Source: Eledone cirrhosa (Eukaryota). From it: a DNA stretch of 64,000 nt. Position 1 is the first letter of the stretch, and each line of letters begins with the position of its first letter. Shown piece by piece: positions 38,680-51,565 of the stretch. A program made the position numbers and the translations under genes. The notes under the pieces were generated by a model. It had not been told where the DNA came from. It did no database searches and was given only the letters and a program-made list of their open reading frames with translations. Location: the NCBI GenBank assembly GCA_964016885.1, contig OZ024741.1, positions 42,718,001-42,782,000 on the forward strand, read 5' to 3'.

Positions 38680-41600
38680 AGACGTGTGTCACTTCGCGGA
38701 GAAGTTTCCGTTAATTTATGTAAGAAAAAAACGTGAGTTTTTAGTTAAATTTTATATCATTGTGTAACTTGACCACCCGTCTGGACCTTCAGGTGGTGGG
38801 TCAACTCATTTTCGCCCCCTACAGGGGCGGAATATCCATTTAAAAAATTTTTCTCCATCGAATCTTGGAAAAAATATTCTAAAATGTTGATTACGTTATG
38901 AACGCTGCGTCCAACGATAATGGTGGTGGAGAGGCGGTAAGACTACAAAGCTCGCAGTCAACAACGTCTTCTTCACTAGATACTATAGAGATGGAAAGAC
39001 AAAAATGAACATAAAAAAACGAATTCATATCCAAACAACACAAATGACACCAAACAGTTCAATGACAACAAAAATAACAGCAAAACCAATAATGATGATG
39101 AAAGCAACAATGATAACAACAACAAAGTAAAAAATAAAGACAACGCCAACAACAACACCAAGGAAAATATGGATGATACCAACATCGGTGACAACAAGAA
39201 TAACAACAACAATAACAACAATAATGACAACACCACCAATACGGATTCCACAAAGAAACCAAAATCTCCTTTGCAGAGAAAGTTCAAAAGAAAGAAGAAT
39301 TGATATATCTCGACATAACAAATGCTGAACAACTTTTAAAGGACGCTAAGAGATATGTCACTTTCGAAAAAAATGGTTCTTTCAGCATCAATTCTCCGGT
39401 AGAAATTCGCAAGGAAACTGCTCTCAAAACGATAGTTTTTAGGACAGTTTGCAATTCTACCCGAAAACCAGTCCAATTGTCACAGAAAGAAATTGAACTG
39501 GTTTTCAAAAATTCAATGAATGATATTGTATTCATTCAAAGAAGCAAACTTTTTGGGAGTATGTCGGTACTCATGAAGGATCAATTGACGGCCCAAAATT
39601 ACTCTGTGTCGCCAATTGTATCCAACCTGTACACCTTTTTCCCTACATACATGGGAAAAAGGACACAAAAGATCAGAATCACAAGTGTCACACCAAAGGT
39701 GAACATATGGTGGATACTGTGCGGCTTCATCAATTTTGATGAAGACAGAATACTGTCAGTAGGAAAGTCCCACAGAGATGTATTCAATGGGACTAGCATT
39801 GAAGTTCTGGTGCAAATGAGCCCAGAGCGAATAGCTATGATCCCACAGCGTGTACTCCTGGACGGACTCACCTACATAAACCTTTTGGTTGAGGGTAGGC
39901 GGCCTTCATGTTACCATTGCTTTAGCAGGGATCACCTGAGGGCTTCCTGTCCTAAACTAATGAACCAAAAAAAGGCTCTTCTGCCAACACTCATCAAAAC
40001 AATACAACCACCAACACCACCACAACAACAACAACACCAACACACAAAAATAACCACAACAAACACAGTCCCACCCAACCCCACTCCACCTAAAACCACT
40101 GCAAAATCACATACAGACACAACAGCTCCCCAAGACATACCCCTCCCCAATCACACAGACGATACAACAGATGAGGCTATCTCGCCATCACCCAGTGAAG
40201 ACGAGGGAGAACCCCATCGCTCGAAAAGAAAGAATAGACATCACAAAAGCAAAAAACCAGCAAACACTACCACAAACATACAACCACCAACACAAACAAC
40301 AAAAATATCACAAACAAAACCCCCCACCTCCTGAAAACAAAATACCTACAACAAAACGAAAGCACACACAAGAACTACAGACAAAAACAAACACAACACA
40401 AGAAAATTACACTTACACTTACATAAACACTGAAAAAAAAACACTAATGGAGACCATCACGAACGACCCTTCGGTTTTCACCGAAGGGAAAACTTTCGCC
40501 CACTCTATTAAAAATAGCAAAAAACTGAACCTAAAACTGATTAGGGTCCCTATACAAACTTATAGGTCCCTAAAAGAAACATTTGAGAAGGATGTGGGTA
40601 ATTCCTGCGTGAAACCACTCAACCGCGTCCTTCTCAAATGCCTCCCAACCCCAGACACCCCCATCCCACCAGACCCCACCCCACCAAACATCTGCATCCC
40701 CACCCCGCCGGAAACCACCACCGATCCAGACAACCCCTCCAACACCCCCATGGAAATCGTGCGGCCTGGTTCCCAGGAGGCGAAGGGTGAGTGATCTCTT
40801 TTCCTCTTTTAACTTTTCAGCACCAACATGGCCAATATAAGAGTTGGATGTGTGAACGTACGCGGCCTGGGGATGCCCTGGAAACAGGGCAAACTCTTAA
40901 ACGACCTCAGGTCGCACAGTATGGATGTGGTAGCCATTTGCGAGTCCAGGATCCACGGCGAGCGACAGCTGGCCCCCATCTTCGATGACTTTGAGATCTA
41001 CGCATCTCTCTGTCAACCGGGGGGTGTGGGAGGAGTTGCCATTTTGCTGCGGAAACACCTGGGCCTCGTAACACAGACAGTACATCTAGACCCGGAGGGT
41101 CGACTGGTGGTCCTAGACGTTGACGGTAGTGAAGGTGGAGCCTTCAGGCTGGTGGCCGCATATGCCCCATCCGGGACTCCGCGGCCAGACTTCTTCAAAC
41201 GTCTAGAGACTTTTCTGGGAACGTCCCACTCCTTGCTTTTAGTGGGGGACTGGAATGGAATCCTAGATACACGTTGGGACTATGTGGGAGCAAGTCCCGA
41301 TAAAGGGGGTGTAACAGCCTCAAACAGTTAATCGACCGATTTGACCTGGCCGATAGATATCGACTAGATTTTCCGACTGCGCCACTGTGGACGTGGAGTA
41401 ATCGTAGCGGAACATCTAGATCGTACCTAGATAGGGTTCTAGTTAGAAATAAGGATAGGGACATGTTAAGCTGTCCACAAATGTTCATGGTTGCCTATTC
41501 AGATCACAAACTAGTGACCTGCATGGCCAACCTTGATAGAACCCATAGACAAGGACCCGGCTACTGGAAGATAACTTGTCGTTACCGACAAGCAAAGCCT

Positions 41601-44500
41601 ACAGTAGACGGATTAGCACTTTAGTTAAACAGCACTTGACAGGGGCCATTGTCAACAACAGATGGTGGTACTCTCTCAAGAGGGCAGTTAGATTAGACTC
41701 GATAGTTTTTAGTAAAGAATTAGCGTTAGATAGAAATAGAACCGAGAAGGAACTGGTAGATAAAGTAGAAGAGGCAATTAGAAGTGGCAACGTAGCCAGC
41801 TGCTAGCAACGAGAACGGCCTTGGATCAGTTCTTCGACGCAAAGCACGAGGGCTGCGTTGTCAGAAGCAAAATACGTGCTCAGGGAAACGAGGGAGCCAA
41901 AGCTGTTAGCTGGGCCCGAGTGACGGAGGAAAAAAGTGGCAACATGTCCACGATTCGGTCTTTGAAGGACCAAAACGGACGTGTGATACGTGAGCCGAAG
42001 CAGATGTGTGCGGCTTTTCAGCGGCACTTTGCTCGGCTGTTCGGGGGGAGCGGCGCGCCGGGAGAGGCTATGGATTTTGGTCCATACCTCGACGGCCTAC
42101 CGTGACTATCGGACAGCGAGGCAAAGTTCTGCGAAAAGCTGATTTCAGCCACTGTGATAGGGGACGCGCTGAGCCAATGCGGCAAACGCAAATCTCCAGG
42201 TCTCGATGGTCTACCCTACGGATTTTACGTAGCAATGCCGGACTTATTCTCCGGTCTCCTGGAAGCGGTCTACTGCACTGGCAACAGAACGGGAGAATTC
42301 CCAGTTCTGTAACCGGGGGCGTGGTCACACTAATCAGGAAGGACGAGAATATGGGGGATGACATAGGCAACTTCCGGCCCATAACTCTGCTAAACACAGA
42401 GTTACAGATTTTGGCAAAGGTGTTGGCAAAGAGGCTGGCGCTTGTCGTCGAGAACCTGGTAAGAGAAGCTCAGACATGCGCAATCCCGACCAGGTCCATA
42501 CACGACAACCTCCACCTCATGCGATACATCATAGAGAGGGTAGGGTGTAAACCCGGCTTCGGTGGGGCCCTGATCAACTTGGATCAGTCTAAGGCTTTCG
42601 ATAGGGTTGACCATCGTTACCTGGATGCGGTGCTCGAGGCGGCAGGCTTCGGACCCGTTTTCAGGCGCTGGATTGGTGCAATGCACAACAGCAACATCTG
42701 CTCAAGGATCAAGGTGAACGGCTACCTCTCGGAGCCGTTCCATATTACGCGATCCATTCGACAGGCATGCCCTCTCTCCTCACTTCTGTACGTACTGACT
42801 CTCGAGCCACTACTGCGGAAGCTGGAGCTATTGCAGGGCATCCCTCTGGAACCGGGACTGCGGAAAGCGGCGTCGGCCTACGCCGACAACGTGACAGTAA
42901 TGGTGTCGAGCGCCTCGCAAATCGAGGAAGTCGGCCCCTTACTGAAGGAATACGAAAGTCTCACAGGAGCGAAGCTGAACCGGGACAAGTCCATCGGTTT
43001 GCAACTCGGATCGTGGAGAGGAAGACCGATGCCTTCCGATGGCGTCGTCGGACGCTGGACGGAAGGACCGGTAAAGCTGCTCGGGGTCTGGTTTGGTCCG
43101 GACCTCCAGGTGGAGAAGAACTGGAACGAAGTGACGGCCAAGGTGTTTGCACTCACCCAGAAGTGGGCCGAGTGCAAACTATCCTTGAAAGGTCGAGCGG
43201 AGGTGGCGAACACTTTTATAGCGTCCGCCATCTACCACCGCTTGACCGTCGTGCCTTGTCCAGCCAAAACGCTCGCCAAAATGGAGCGCGCGCTCTTCCG
43301 ATTCCTTTGGAAGAGGCGGGCTCCTTTGGTGAGAAGATCCATCTGCTGCCAACACCCTTCTAACGGAGGGCTGGGGATGCCGTGGTTGACGATGCGCAAA
43401 CACGCGCTGAGGCTGCGGCATCTCTACGTATTCCTCACCGGACAACCGGTGTGGGCCCCGTTCGTGAGGCGCGCCTTCCCACGACTCGTCTTGCTGACCG
43501 AGCTGCAGTCCTGGGTCAAGCAAAGACCGAGGAAAATGGGCGACTGGCACATCGAATGTGCTCCGGCGCTCACAGCCCTCTGGCAGGCGGACCCGGCGAT
43601 CAGTGGAGACTCCACTTCGTCATTATATAGAGGGTTGGTCCGCAGCAAGTGCGACGACGCGCTCGGTGAAACTCTAGGCGTAGAGGAAGATGAACTGGCC
43701 AGTCTGTTCGGTAGGACCTTCCGCCCGGGACCGATGGACAACTTCCAAAAGTCCCTGGCCTGGCAGTGCTACCGAGGAGCTCTACCAGTTCGAGACAAGC
43801 TCTACAGACATGGGCGCCCGGGCAGGGACCCTGCAAAAAAGATCTGTCCGAGGTGCGTGCGAGACGAAGAAACCGTCGCGCACGCATTCATACACTGCCC
43901 GGGCGTCATTGACCTGTGGGGCTATGTGGAACGACTATTGTCGCGGGTGGGACCAATCCAGTTGACCACCGAGTCCATTGTCATGATCAAACCGCCACCC
44001 TCCTTCAAAAAGGAAGGAGAGGCGGTTTTCCTTTGTGTGATAGCTATGGCGAAAGAGGTTGTATGGTGGACAAGGTTGAAAGGGCTGAGGTCAGACACCT
44101 TTCTCTCCGGCCAACAACTGATTCTTTTTTTCAAATACCACTTTGGAAGAAGAATCAGGATGGAGAGAGAGGTGCTGTACCCCAGCAAGTTTTATGAAAG
44201 GTGGGTGAAAGTGGCGAGAATGGCCCGAGTGAATGGGCCTTCTCTCTATATCAGCCTGTAGGTTGAGGAAAAGGAGGAGGAGAGGAAAGGAGTACAAACT
44301 CTTCGTACTCCTGGAGATGAGGGTTGCACATTTTTTTTCGGGGGTATGTGTTACCCATATAAACTGTCTCCCTCTATTGGGGAAAATCGACTAACTTTTT
44401 AAATTCCATTTGTGATAACATTTTACACGTTTTTATTGTATGTAAACTTCCCCCTTTGTATTTGTCCCCTTCTTTTGTGCCCCTGTGGCTAATAAAGAAA
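38680..44500 (+). mobile_element. Tx1/L1-clade LINE copy D (third lineage), full length, inserted in (TATC)n
   Basis: ORF1 pieces 39300..40334 (CYHCFSRDHLRASC) and 40171..40794. ORF2 40828-44261 has frameshifts and YADN in place of YADD. 3' end CCCCTGTGGCTAATAAAGAAA. CTAT repeats at 38650-38679 and 44503-44527. Confidence 0.92.
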
Positions 44501-44537
44501 TATATCTATCTATCTATCTATCTATCTGTATATAAAT

Positions 44538-44767
44538 CTGTAGGTTGAGGAAGATAAACAGAGGGAAGACAGGAACACCTACAAAACGTGTTCCTGGTGT
44601 TGAGGGTTGTTCTATCCACGGGGTGTAAAACAACCCTGCAGTAACGTTCCCCCCTATTGGGGATTTCAATTGTTATTTTATTATATATAGTTTATTGTTA
44701 TTTATTAATGTAAAACACCCACCTTGCAATGTCTCATTTTTGTACGCCCCTGTGGCAAATAAAGAAA
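44538..44767 (+). mobile_element. 3'-UTR-only copy (E) of a D-like LINE
   Basis: Begins CTGTAGGTTGAGGAA, as at the D ORF2 stop, and ends CCCCTGTGGCAAATAAAGAAA followed by GATATCTA. Confidence 0.85.
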
Positions 44768-44898
44768 GATATCTAAGTAAAAATAGATATACAAACGAAA
44801 GACACAGAACTCCGAGGTCGTTGAGATGGACTTGAGCAATTTCGACCCCTATCGACGGTACTGCTGATCCATATATCATCATCATCATCGATTAACGT

Positions 44899-46615
44899 CT
44901 ACGGCACCTCCAGGTATTCCTCACCGGTCAACCGGTGTGGGCCCCGTTTGTGAGGCGAGCCTTTCCCAGACTCGTCTCACTTCCCTGCTTTTAGTGGGGG
45001 ACTGGAATGGTATCCTGGATGCACGTTGGGACTATTCAGGGGCATGTCCCGATAGAGAGGGGTGCAACAGCCTCAAGGGGTTACTCGGCCGATTTGACCT
45101 GGCCGATAGATTTCGACTAGATTTTCCGACGGTGCCAACCTGGTCTTAGTCAAATCGCAGCGGATCATCTAGGTCGTACCTAGATAGATTTTTAGTTAGA
45201 AATAAGGACAGGGACTTTTTAAGTTGTCCAGAAATGCTCATGGTTGGCTATTCAGACCACAAGTTGGTGACCTGCATGGTCAACCTTGATATAACGCATA
45301 GACAGGGCCCCGGTTAATGGAAGCTCAACTTGTCCTTGCCGGCAAGTAGAGCTTACAGGGATCGGATTAGTACGTTAGTTAAGGAACGGTTGACTGGAGC
45401 GATCGTCAACAGCAGGTGATGGGTATCTCTAAAGAGAGAGATTAAAGTAGTCTCGATAGAATTTAGTAAGGTTCTAGCTGCGGATAGGAATAGGAAGGAA
45501 AGGGAGCTAATAGATAGAGTAGAAGAGGCAATTAGAAGCGGCGACATGGCCAGAGTGCTAGCGTCGAGAACGGCTTTGAGCCACTTTTCGACGCGAAGCA
45601 CGAAGGCTGCGTTGTCCGAAGTAAAATACGTGCTCTAGGGAACGAGGGGACCAAAGCTGTTAACTGGGCCCGCGTGACAGAGGCCAAGAGTGAAACTAAA
45701 TCCACCATCCGGTCTTTGCGAGACCAGGATGGATGGGCGATCCTTGAGCCTAAGCAGATGTGTGAGGCCTTTCAAAGGCACTTTGCCCGACTGTTCGGAA
45801 GGGGCGAGGAGCCGGTTGGGAACGTGGACTTCGGTCCATACCTCGACGGCTGCCGCGTCTCTCGGACAGGGAGGCAAAGTCCTGCGAGGAGCCGATTTCG
45901 GCCGCTGAGATAGAGGAAGTGCTAAGCCAATGCGGCAAACGCAAATCCCCGGGTCTCGATGGTCTTCCATAAGAATTATATCTAGCTATGCCGGACTTGT
46001 TCCCCGATCTCCTCGAGGCGGTCTAATGCAACTGGCAACAGAACGGGAGAATTCCTTGTACTGTGACCAAGGGCGTAGTCACGCTAATGAGGAAGGACGA
46101 GAACACGGGGGACGAAATAAGTAACTTCAGGCCCATAACTCTGCTAAACACAGAGTTACAGATGTTGGCCAAGGTACTAGCAAAGAGGTTGGCGCCTGTC
46201 GTGGGCAACCTGGTGGGAGATGCGCTGGACGGAGGGCCAGGTGAAGTTCCTCGGGGTCTGGTTCGGAGCAGACCTCCAGGTGGAGAAGAACTGGGCGGAG
46301 GTTACGAACAGGGTTTTTGCACTGACCAAGAAGTGGGCCAGTTGCAAACTATCCCTGAAAGGTCGGGCGGAGGTGGCGAACACCTATATAGCGTCCGTCA
46401 TCTACTACCGCCTGACCGTAGTGCCTTGCCCAAGGGAAACCCTCGCCAAGATGGAGCGCGCGCTTCCAATTCCTTTGGAAGAGGCGGGCTCCCTTGGTGA
46501 GGAGATCCATCTGCTGTCAACACCCTTCGAAAGGAGGGCTGGGGATACTGTGGCTAATGATGCGTAAACACGCATTAAGGCTACGGCATCTCCACGTATT
46601 CCTCACCGGTCAACC
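44899..46615 (+). mobile_element. Rearranged D-like ORF2 fragment (F): permuted order, RT core deleted, 35-bp terminal direct repeat
   Basis: Late ORF2 (VFLTGQPVWAPF) is joined near 44976 to APE (SLLLVGDWNG). The sequence jumps near 46222 from LVG to RWTEG, and ends in the same 35 bp it starts with. Confidence 0.85.
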
Positions 46616-47227
46616 AATTCCTCGGACCCTGTCACTCTGATCACACATACAGATATCTACGTTGAGTACTGCTCGAACCCTCGCCATCCTTCTACTCACA
46701 CACCGGAAAACCATTCAGGTACACAAACACACACGAACACTTACACCATTTTCGCACACATGCATCCATACATTCCCACGCATCCACACCACACATAAAC
46801 ACACACACACATACACACACTCTGCCTCCGGATTCCGCACGCTCTCCCCCACCCATCGACCCCTTTCCATCCACACGCACACGCACACGCACACACAGAC
46901 CTACACTCTACCCCAACGTACACACTGGTTTTCCAAAACCCAAGCATGCAACTCCGCTCTCTCTCAGACTCTCACACTTTCATTCAGACATACACACACA
47001 CACACACACGTATACCTACATCCCCTACCTTCCCCCCTCTCCGCCCGGACCCTTTTTCCTTCGCCTTCCCCCTCCATCCACCCACCACCTGTACACGCCT
47101 CACATCTTTTCACCACTTGTTTTTAACACTTATTTTCCAACTTATGTGTTATTTTTATTTTTATTTTTATTATTTTTTCCACTTCCCCCTCCTACTCCGC
47201 CTCCTCCCTCTCCTTTCCACAACTCTC

Positions 47228-47330
47228 CTGATGAAGGGATTATGCCCGAAACGTCGCACCTACACCCTCCATTCTCGAAAAGCGTGAACCTAATACCTTT
47301 CGTAACTTGTACACCTGTGTTGTTGTTTTT
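47228..47330 (+). ncRNA. Hammerhead-like motif of a PLE pseudo-LTR-type repeat (same family as 54700-54813)
   Basis: CUGAUGA A GGG AUUAUG CCC GAAAC GUC. AGGGATTATGCCCGAAACGTCG recurs on the minus strand at 54.8 kb. Confidence 0.6.
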
Positions 47331-47414
47331 TACTTTCCCATATATATATATACTATATAAAGAAATACACAGATACACGCGAATACATACATATACATGA
47401 ATATACCCACATAT

Positions 47415-47465
47415 ATCCCTGAAGGGTTTATGCATAGTAAGCCACGAAACTACGTAGTCGAGGAG
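47415..47465 (+). ncRNA. Variant hammerhead motif
   Basis: UCC CUGAAGG GUUUA UGCAUAG UAAGC CAC GAAAC UACGUA GUC GAGGA, with a palindromic loop III and a GUC site. Confidence 0.55.
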
Positions 47466-47529
47466 TAGTGAGGAAATATGGGTATGGTATATCTTATTGA
47501 TTATATCTACTGTTTCTTCTTTCTTTATA

Positions 47530-47603
<74 letters not shown>

Positions 47604-47609
<6 letters not shown>

Positions 47610-47801
47610 TTTACTAAGCAACATACGACAATTATTCCATTTACCAACGGTTTTATGAAGACAGACGAGCTCAACACAGACGTCAAAAATCTCTCGTCAG
47701 AAGGAAGATGGGCTATTTCAGACGGCTGTGTTGAGCTCATCTGTCCTCGTGAAACCTTTGGTAAATGGAATAATTGTATTATGTTGTTTATTACATAATT
47801 A
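47604..47801. repeat. Imperfect inverted repeat, ~80-bp arms, next to (TA)n
   Basis: CAACATACGACAATTATTCCATTTACCAA...GAGCTCAACACAGACGTC pairs with GACGGCTGTGTTGAGCTC...TTGGTAAATGGAATAATTGTATTATGTTG. Confidence 0.9.
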
Positions 47802-48426
47802 AATAGCTCTGTAGCATACATAGAGCACTCTCCTTTCCTTTACCCTTCCTACGGAAATACTTCATATATATATAAATACATAAGTAACACTCTAGCTTCT
47901 GGACGAGTCCTGTCAGATCACCATATAGAAAATACAACCGTCTGTTCTATTTGGCTGAACCTTTACTTCGGGAAAAAATACGCTGTCCAAATATTTTCCT
48001 AAATTCGCTCAATGGTTCAAAAGTTAGCAATGAATTTGTTTTTAAGTAAATCGATGAACTGAAAATTTTCAAAATGCCATATTTTTCTTGTTGGTTATAG
48101 CTTCATAAAAGCTTTGCCTTTGATGTTGAATTAAATATATAAATTTCTCTAACAAATTAATATCTGAAGTGGCTATTTGACCTCTTAGATACAGACGTTC
48201 AGAAAAAGTTATTCGTGATAAATTATTTCCTCCAATCGTTTTTCTATTTGATTTAGTTTGTACACCACTTATGTGTATAAAATATTATTGCGGTCAAAAT
48301 GGCGTTCTGGTATTATCAACTTATTTTATTTCACTTTACATTATAAATATCTCAATTTCCTTTATTTCATCACCCAGATAACATGAAGGTTGGGTGACAT
48401 GTAATAAAATAGATCTATTGATGCAT

Positions 48427-48476
<50 letters not shown>

Positions 48477-48481
<5 letters not shown>

Positions 48482-48563
48482 TGTAATAAACAACATAAGA
48501 TAATTATTTCATTTACCAGTGGTTCTTGAAAGCAAACAAATCTGCTTTCAGTCATCAGAGTGA
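48477..48563 (-). ncRNA. Hammerhead motif plus tail, related to the arms of 47604-47801
   Basis: CACU CUGAUGA C UGAAAGCAGA UUUG UUUGCUUUCA A GAAC CACUGG UA AAUG, then AAATAATTATCTTATGTTGTTTATTACATAA running into (TA)n. Confidence 0.55.
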
Positions 48564-48620
48564 AAAAATACTGGTGTTTTTATTGAATGTGGATTTGAAA
48601 ACAAAAAAATTTAAGGAAGT

Positions 48621-48661
<41 letters not shown>

Positions 48662-49950
48662 CAGGGGTGTCCAAAAGAATGTATACTCACTTTGATTACC
48701 TGCACAGGCAATATTTATTAGAATGCTGTTGAAGTATGTATACATTTGTGGGTAAACCCTATATATATATATATATATGGGGCTCAGTTCTTTGAGTACA
48801 TCTGCATGAATTTATTAAAGGACGCATGCCATGAACGTAGAGATATATTGGAGAGTAAATTGGCCCGAATAACCTTAACATACTTCCTGTCGCATCAACT
48901 CAATGAAAATGTACTGTTAGCATCGATGACTGCTTCAATAAAAGGTCTGTAACTTTGACATATCCGAATGAGATGATCTTTTGTCCAATTTGGATATTCT
49001 ATTTGTTATGACGGATTTAAGAGATTATATAAGGTTGTAGAGGCATTGATTGACTACCATCTCAACTACACCCACACGTAGTAGTGCAAAGGATTCAGGT
49101 CAGGAGAGCTAGGAGACCATATATTTTGGGTTACAAAATCATGGGGATTGTAACTCATCCATTTCTGAGTCATCCTGACAATATGAGACGGCGCATAGTC
49201 TTGTTGGTAGTCGTACAGTCATCCTTAGCTGGCACTCTCTATGCAAAACTCACAACCCTCTTCAACACCTTCTTATAATCAGCAATATTTACTCTTAAGC
49301 CCCGAGGAAAGATATGAGGACGCATGACATCTCTTTCGCTGCTCACAACTACCAGACGCATCGCACAAGCAGGTAAACCTGTGTATATTACCACTGGGAT
49401 GTCTTTAGGGATTCTGCATTAAATTCTATCATTCCTTCAGCGGATCATTTAGTCCTGATCAACTTTTCCTCATGAAAGCAAAACCAAAGTATCCCAGGCT
49501 CTTGATTTGTACAGATAAGACATTTATAGTTTATCTTTGCAGACATATGACATATAAGAAGGTACTCATGCACAGCTGTTCCGAAAGTGTGCCTTGAAAC
49601 ATAGAGCTCATTAAAGATGGCACTAATTGGCATCCTAGGATTTTTACCCGTAGAAATGTAGTTGTTCTGGCGGTATTAGGACATTTAGCAGGCGTCTTAC
49701 GTTTGTTTACTGCTGTAGAATCCCCGACAGCGCCTTCCAGTTCCTTGCGAATATTGACAAGAAACGGCCGAGCAAGAGCCAAGCAATCTCTATATCACTA
49801 ATCCCCGCCTTTAAGGTAATCATTGCAGCGTGCCTTTACATTTGCTGAATTAGATTTATGTCTGTCAACATTTCTCCGAAAAGAAAGGATAATTAGAAAA
49901 TTGTTAGACCTATTAGATCTCTTGTTATCAAGGAACAGATGAACCTGTAT
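48662..49950. mobile_element. Possible highly decayed Tc1/mariner remnant
   Basis: Starts after (TA)n with CAGGGGTGTCCAAAAGAATG, resembling a Tc1-type terminus. No clear partner TIR or DDE motif was recovered. Confidence 0.25.
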
Positions 49951-50377
49951 ACCCCCCCCCATATATATATATATATATATAAATATATAATATTCCCTGA
50001 ATCACATATAATATATATATATATATACATTAACCATGTTCTATTTAGATGATACACAATATAGTTGGCTTACTAATAGATTGTTCTGGATATTTCAGTA
50101 ACGGTATCTTCCATTTTATTTAATAGTTTTTCATCACATGCCTTATACGTTCATATTTTCGTTTCATTTTAGAATGCAACAGTGAAAGAACTGAGCCTTA
50201 AATAATAATGGGGATCAGAAAACTAATTCTGTTTACAAAATGCCTCAGAATATCAAATTTTGCTCGGATTCTCTGTAAGGAAAATTTATAAGGACTACTC
50301 ATAGTAGTTCAAATCTATTAAAGTAAGAATCATTCCGTATTGTGTATGAATTGACAGAGACTACTATCAAAGAAAGC

Positions 50378-50527
50378 TGGTGATTTTGCAGAGTCGTTAG
50401 AACGTCGGATAGAATGCTTTATAGAATTCGTTCCGGCTCTCTGCTCTCGAAGTTCAAAGTCCGCTGAGGTCAACTTTCCCTTTCACCCTTTCGAAGTCGA
50501 TAAAAGAATACCTGTCTAGTTCTGGGG
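50378..50527 (+). mobile_element. Diverged SINE, same family
   Basis: GAAGTTCAAAGTCCGCTGAGGTCAACTTTCCCTTTCACCCTTTCGAAGTCGATAAAA. Confidence 0.75.
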
Positions 50528-51271
50528 TTGATTCTTCCTCTATATCTCTTTCTATTTTTCTCTCTCTCACTTTCATTCTTTCTCTGGAAGACATCTGCCT
50601 GTAGAGGGATGGGCTCCGCCGGGCTTAAAAAGCGAAGAAAGGCCGAGTCAATAAGGCGCCCCTACGACTCTATCAGGAGTTACGGGATCATACATACATA
50701 TGTACATATTATCCAAGAAACAAGATATTATAGCGAAAGAATTAATAGATGAATAACTTCACCAATGGAAAGCAACGGAGATTCGTGTTTATTCTCTCTC
50801 TCAAATATGCCCAATTGTCTACATAATGTGTCTTCTTCAAATGATTTAATCTGCTTTCCAATCAAAGAAACACTTCATAGAAGAAGAAATGCCTACTTGG
50901 ATGAAAGGCTAATTTGATATTAATCGCTAATTAATTAATAATTGATTAAATATATAATTTGTTTTATAGCTAATGTTCAAATATATATTTGTACACTGAA
51001 TAATATTGACTATAAACCTATATAGACTATTCCATGAGTATTACAGCTAAAGTGAACAATACTTTTTATATGTTTATATAGGTTACATTGCAGTGGGTAT
51101 AACACCTAATAGAAAGGTAAAACATGGGATCACTTCACATATTTAGAGAAAGAGGAGAAAATAAAGAGATGTATAAAGAATGTCCTATCAATATATTCCT
51201 ATCAGAACCAAAATTATTTTAAATTATTTCCATTGTAAAGACGCATTTCAAGCAGATAACCTGTAACGAAG

Positions 51272-51565
51272 GAGACGTCCTCGTTTCTTGGCCCCCATAA
51301 TAGCTTCCTACTCACTTATATTGAGCCGGAGTTTGACAACTACATGGGTGATCCCCACGAGTTGGAATGGCCATTTCAACGTATCTCCCTAGCTATCCTC
51401 CGAGGTAACGCTGTCTCCACTTTGATCACTAGGTCCGTGATGCGGCTTGTGCCTAGCACTCTGCACGCCAGTGAATGTTCTCCCCAACTCTATCATTGGA
51501 GTAGTGATGGTATATGTTATCTACGACTCCTAACAGAAACACATATATATTACATAAATAAAAGA
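51272..51565 (+). pseudogene. 3' remnant of a CRE-clade RLE non-LTR retrotransposon
   Basis: In-frame ETSSFLGP...MGDPHELEWPFQRISLAILRGNAVS matches the conserved CRE C-terminus (ETxGxxGP...GDPRE...QRISIAIQRGNA). AATAAA near 51556. Confidence 0.7.

Noticed and set aside
40787-40820. Micro-intron fusing ORF1 to ORF2 in copy D
   Set aside because: Removing the 34 nt leaves ORF2 out of frame, and copies A, B and C lack the AG.
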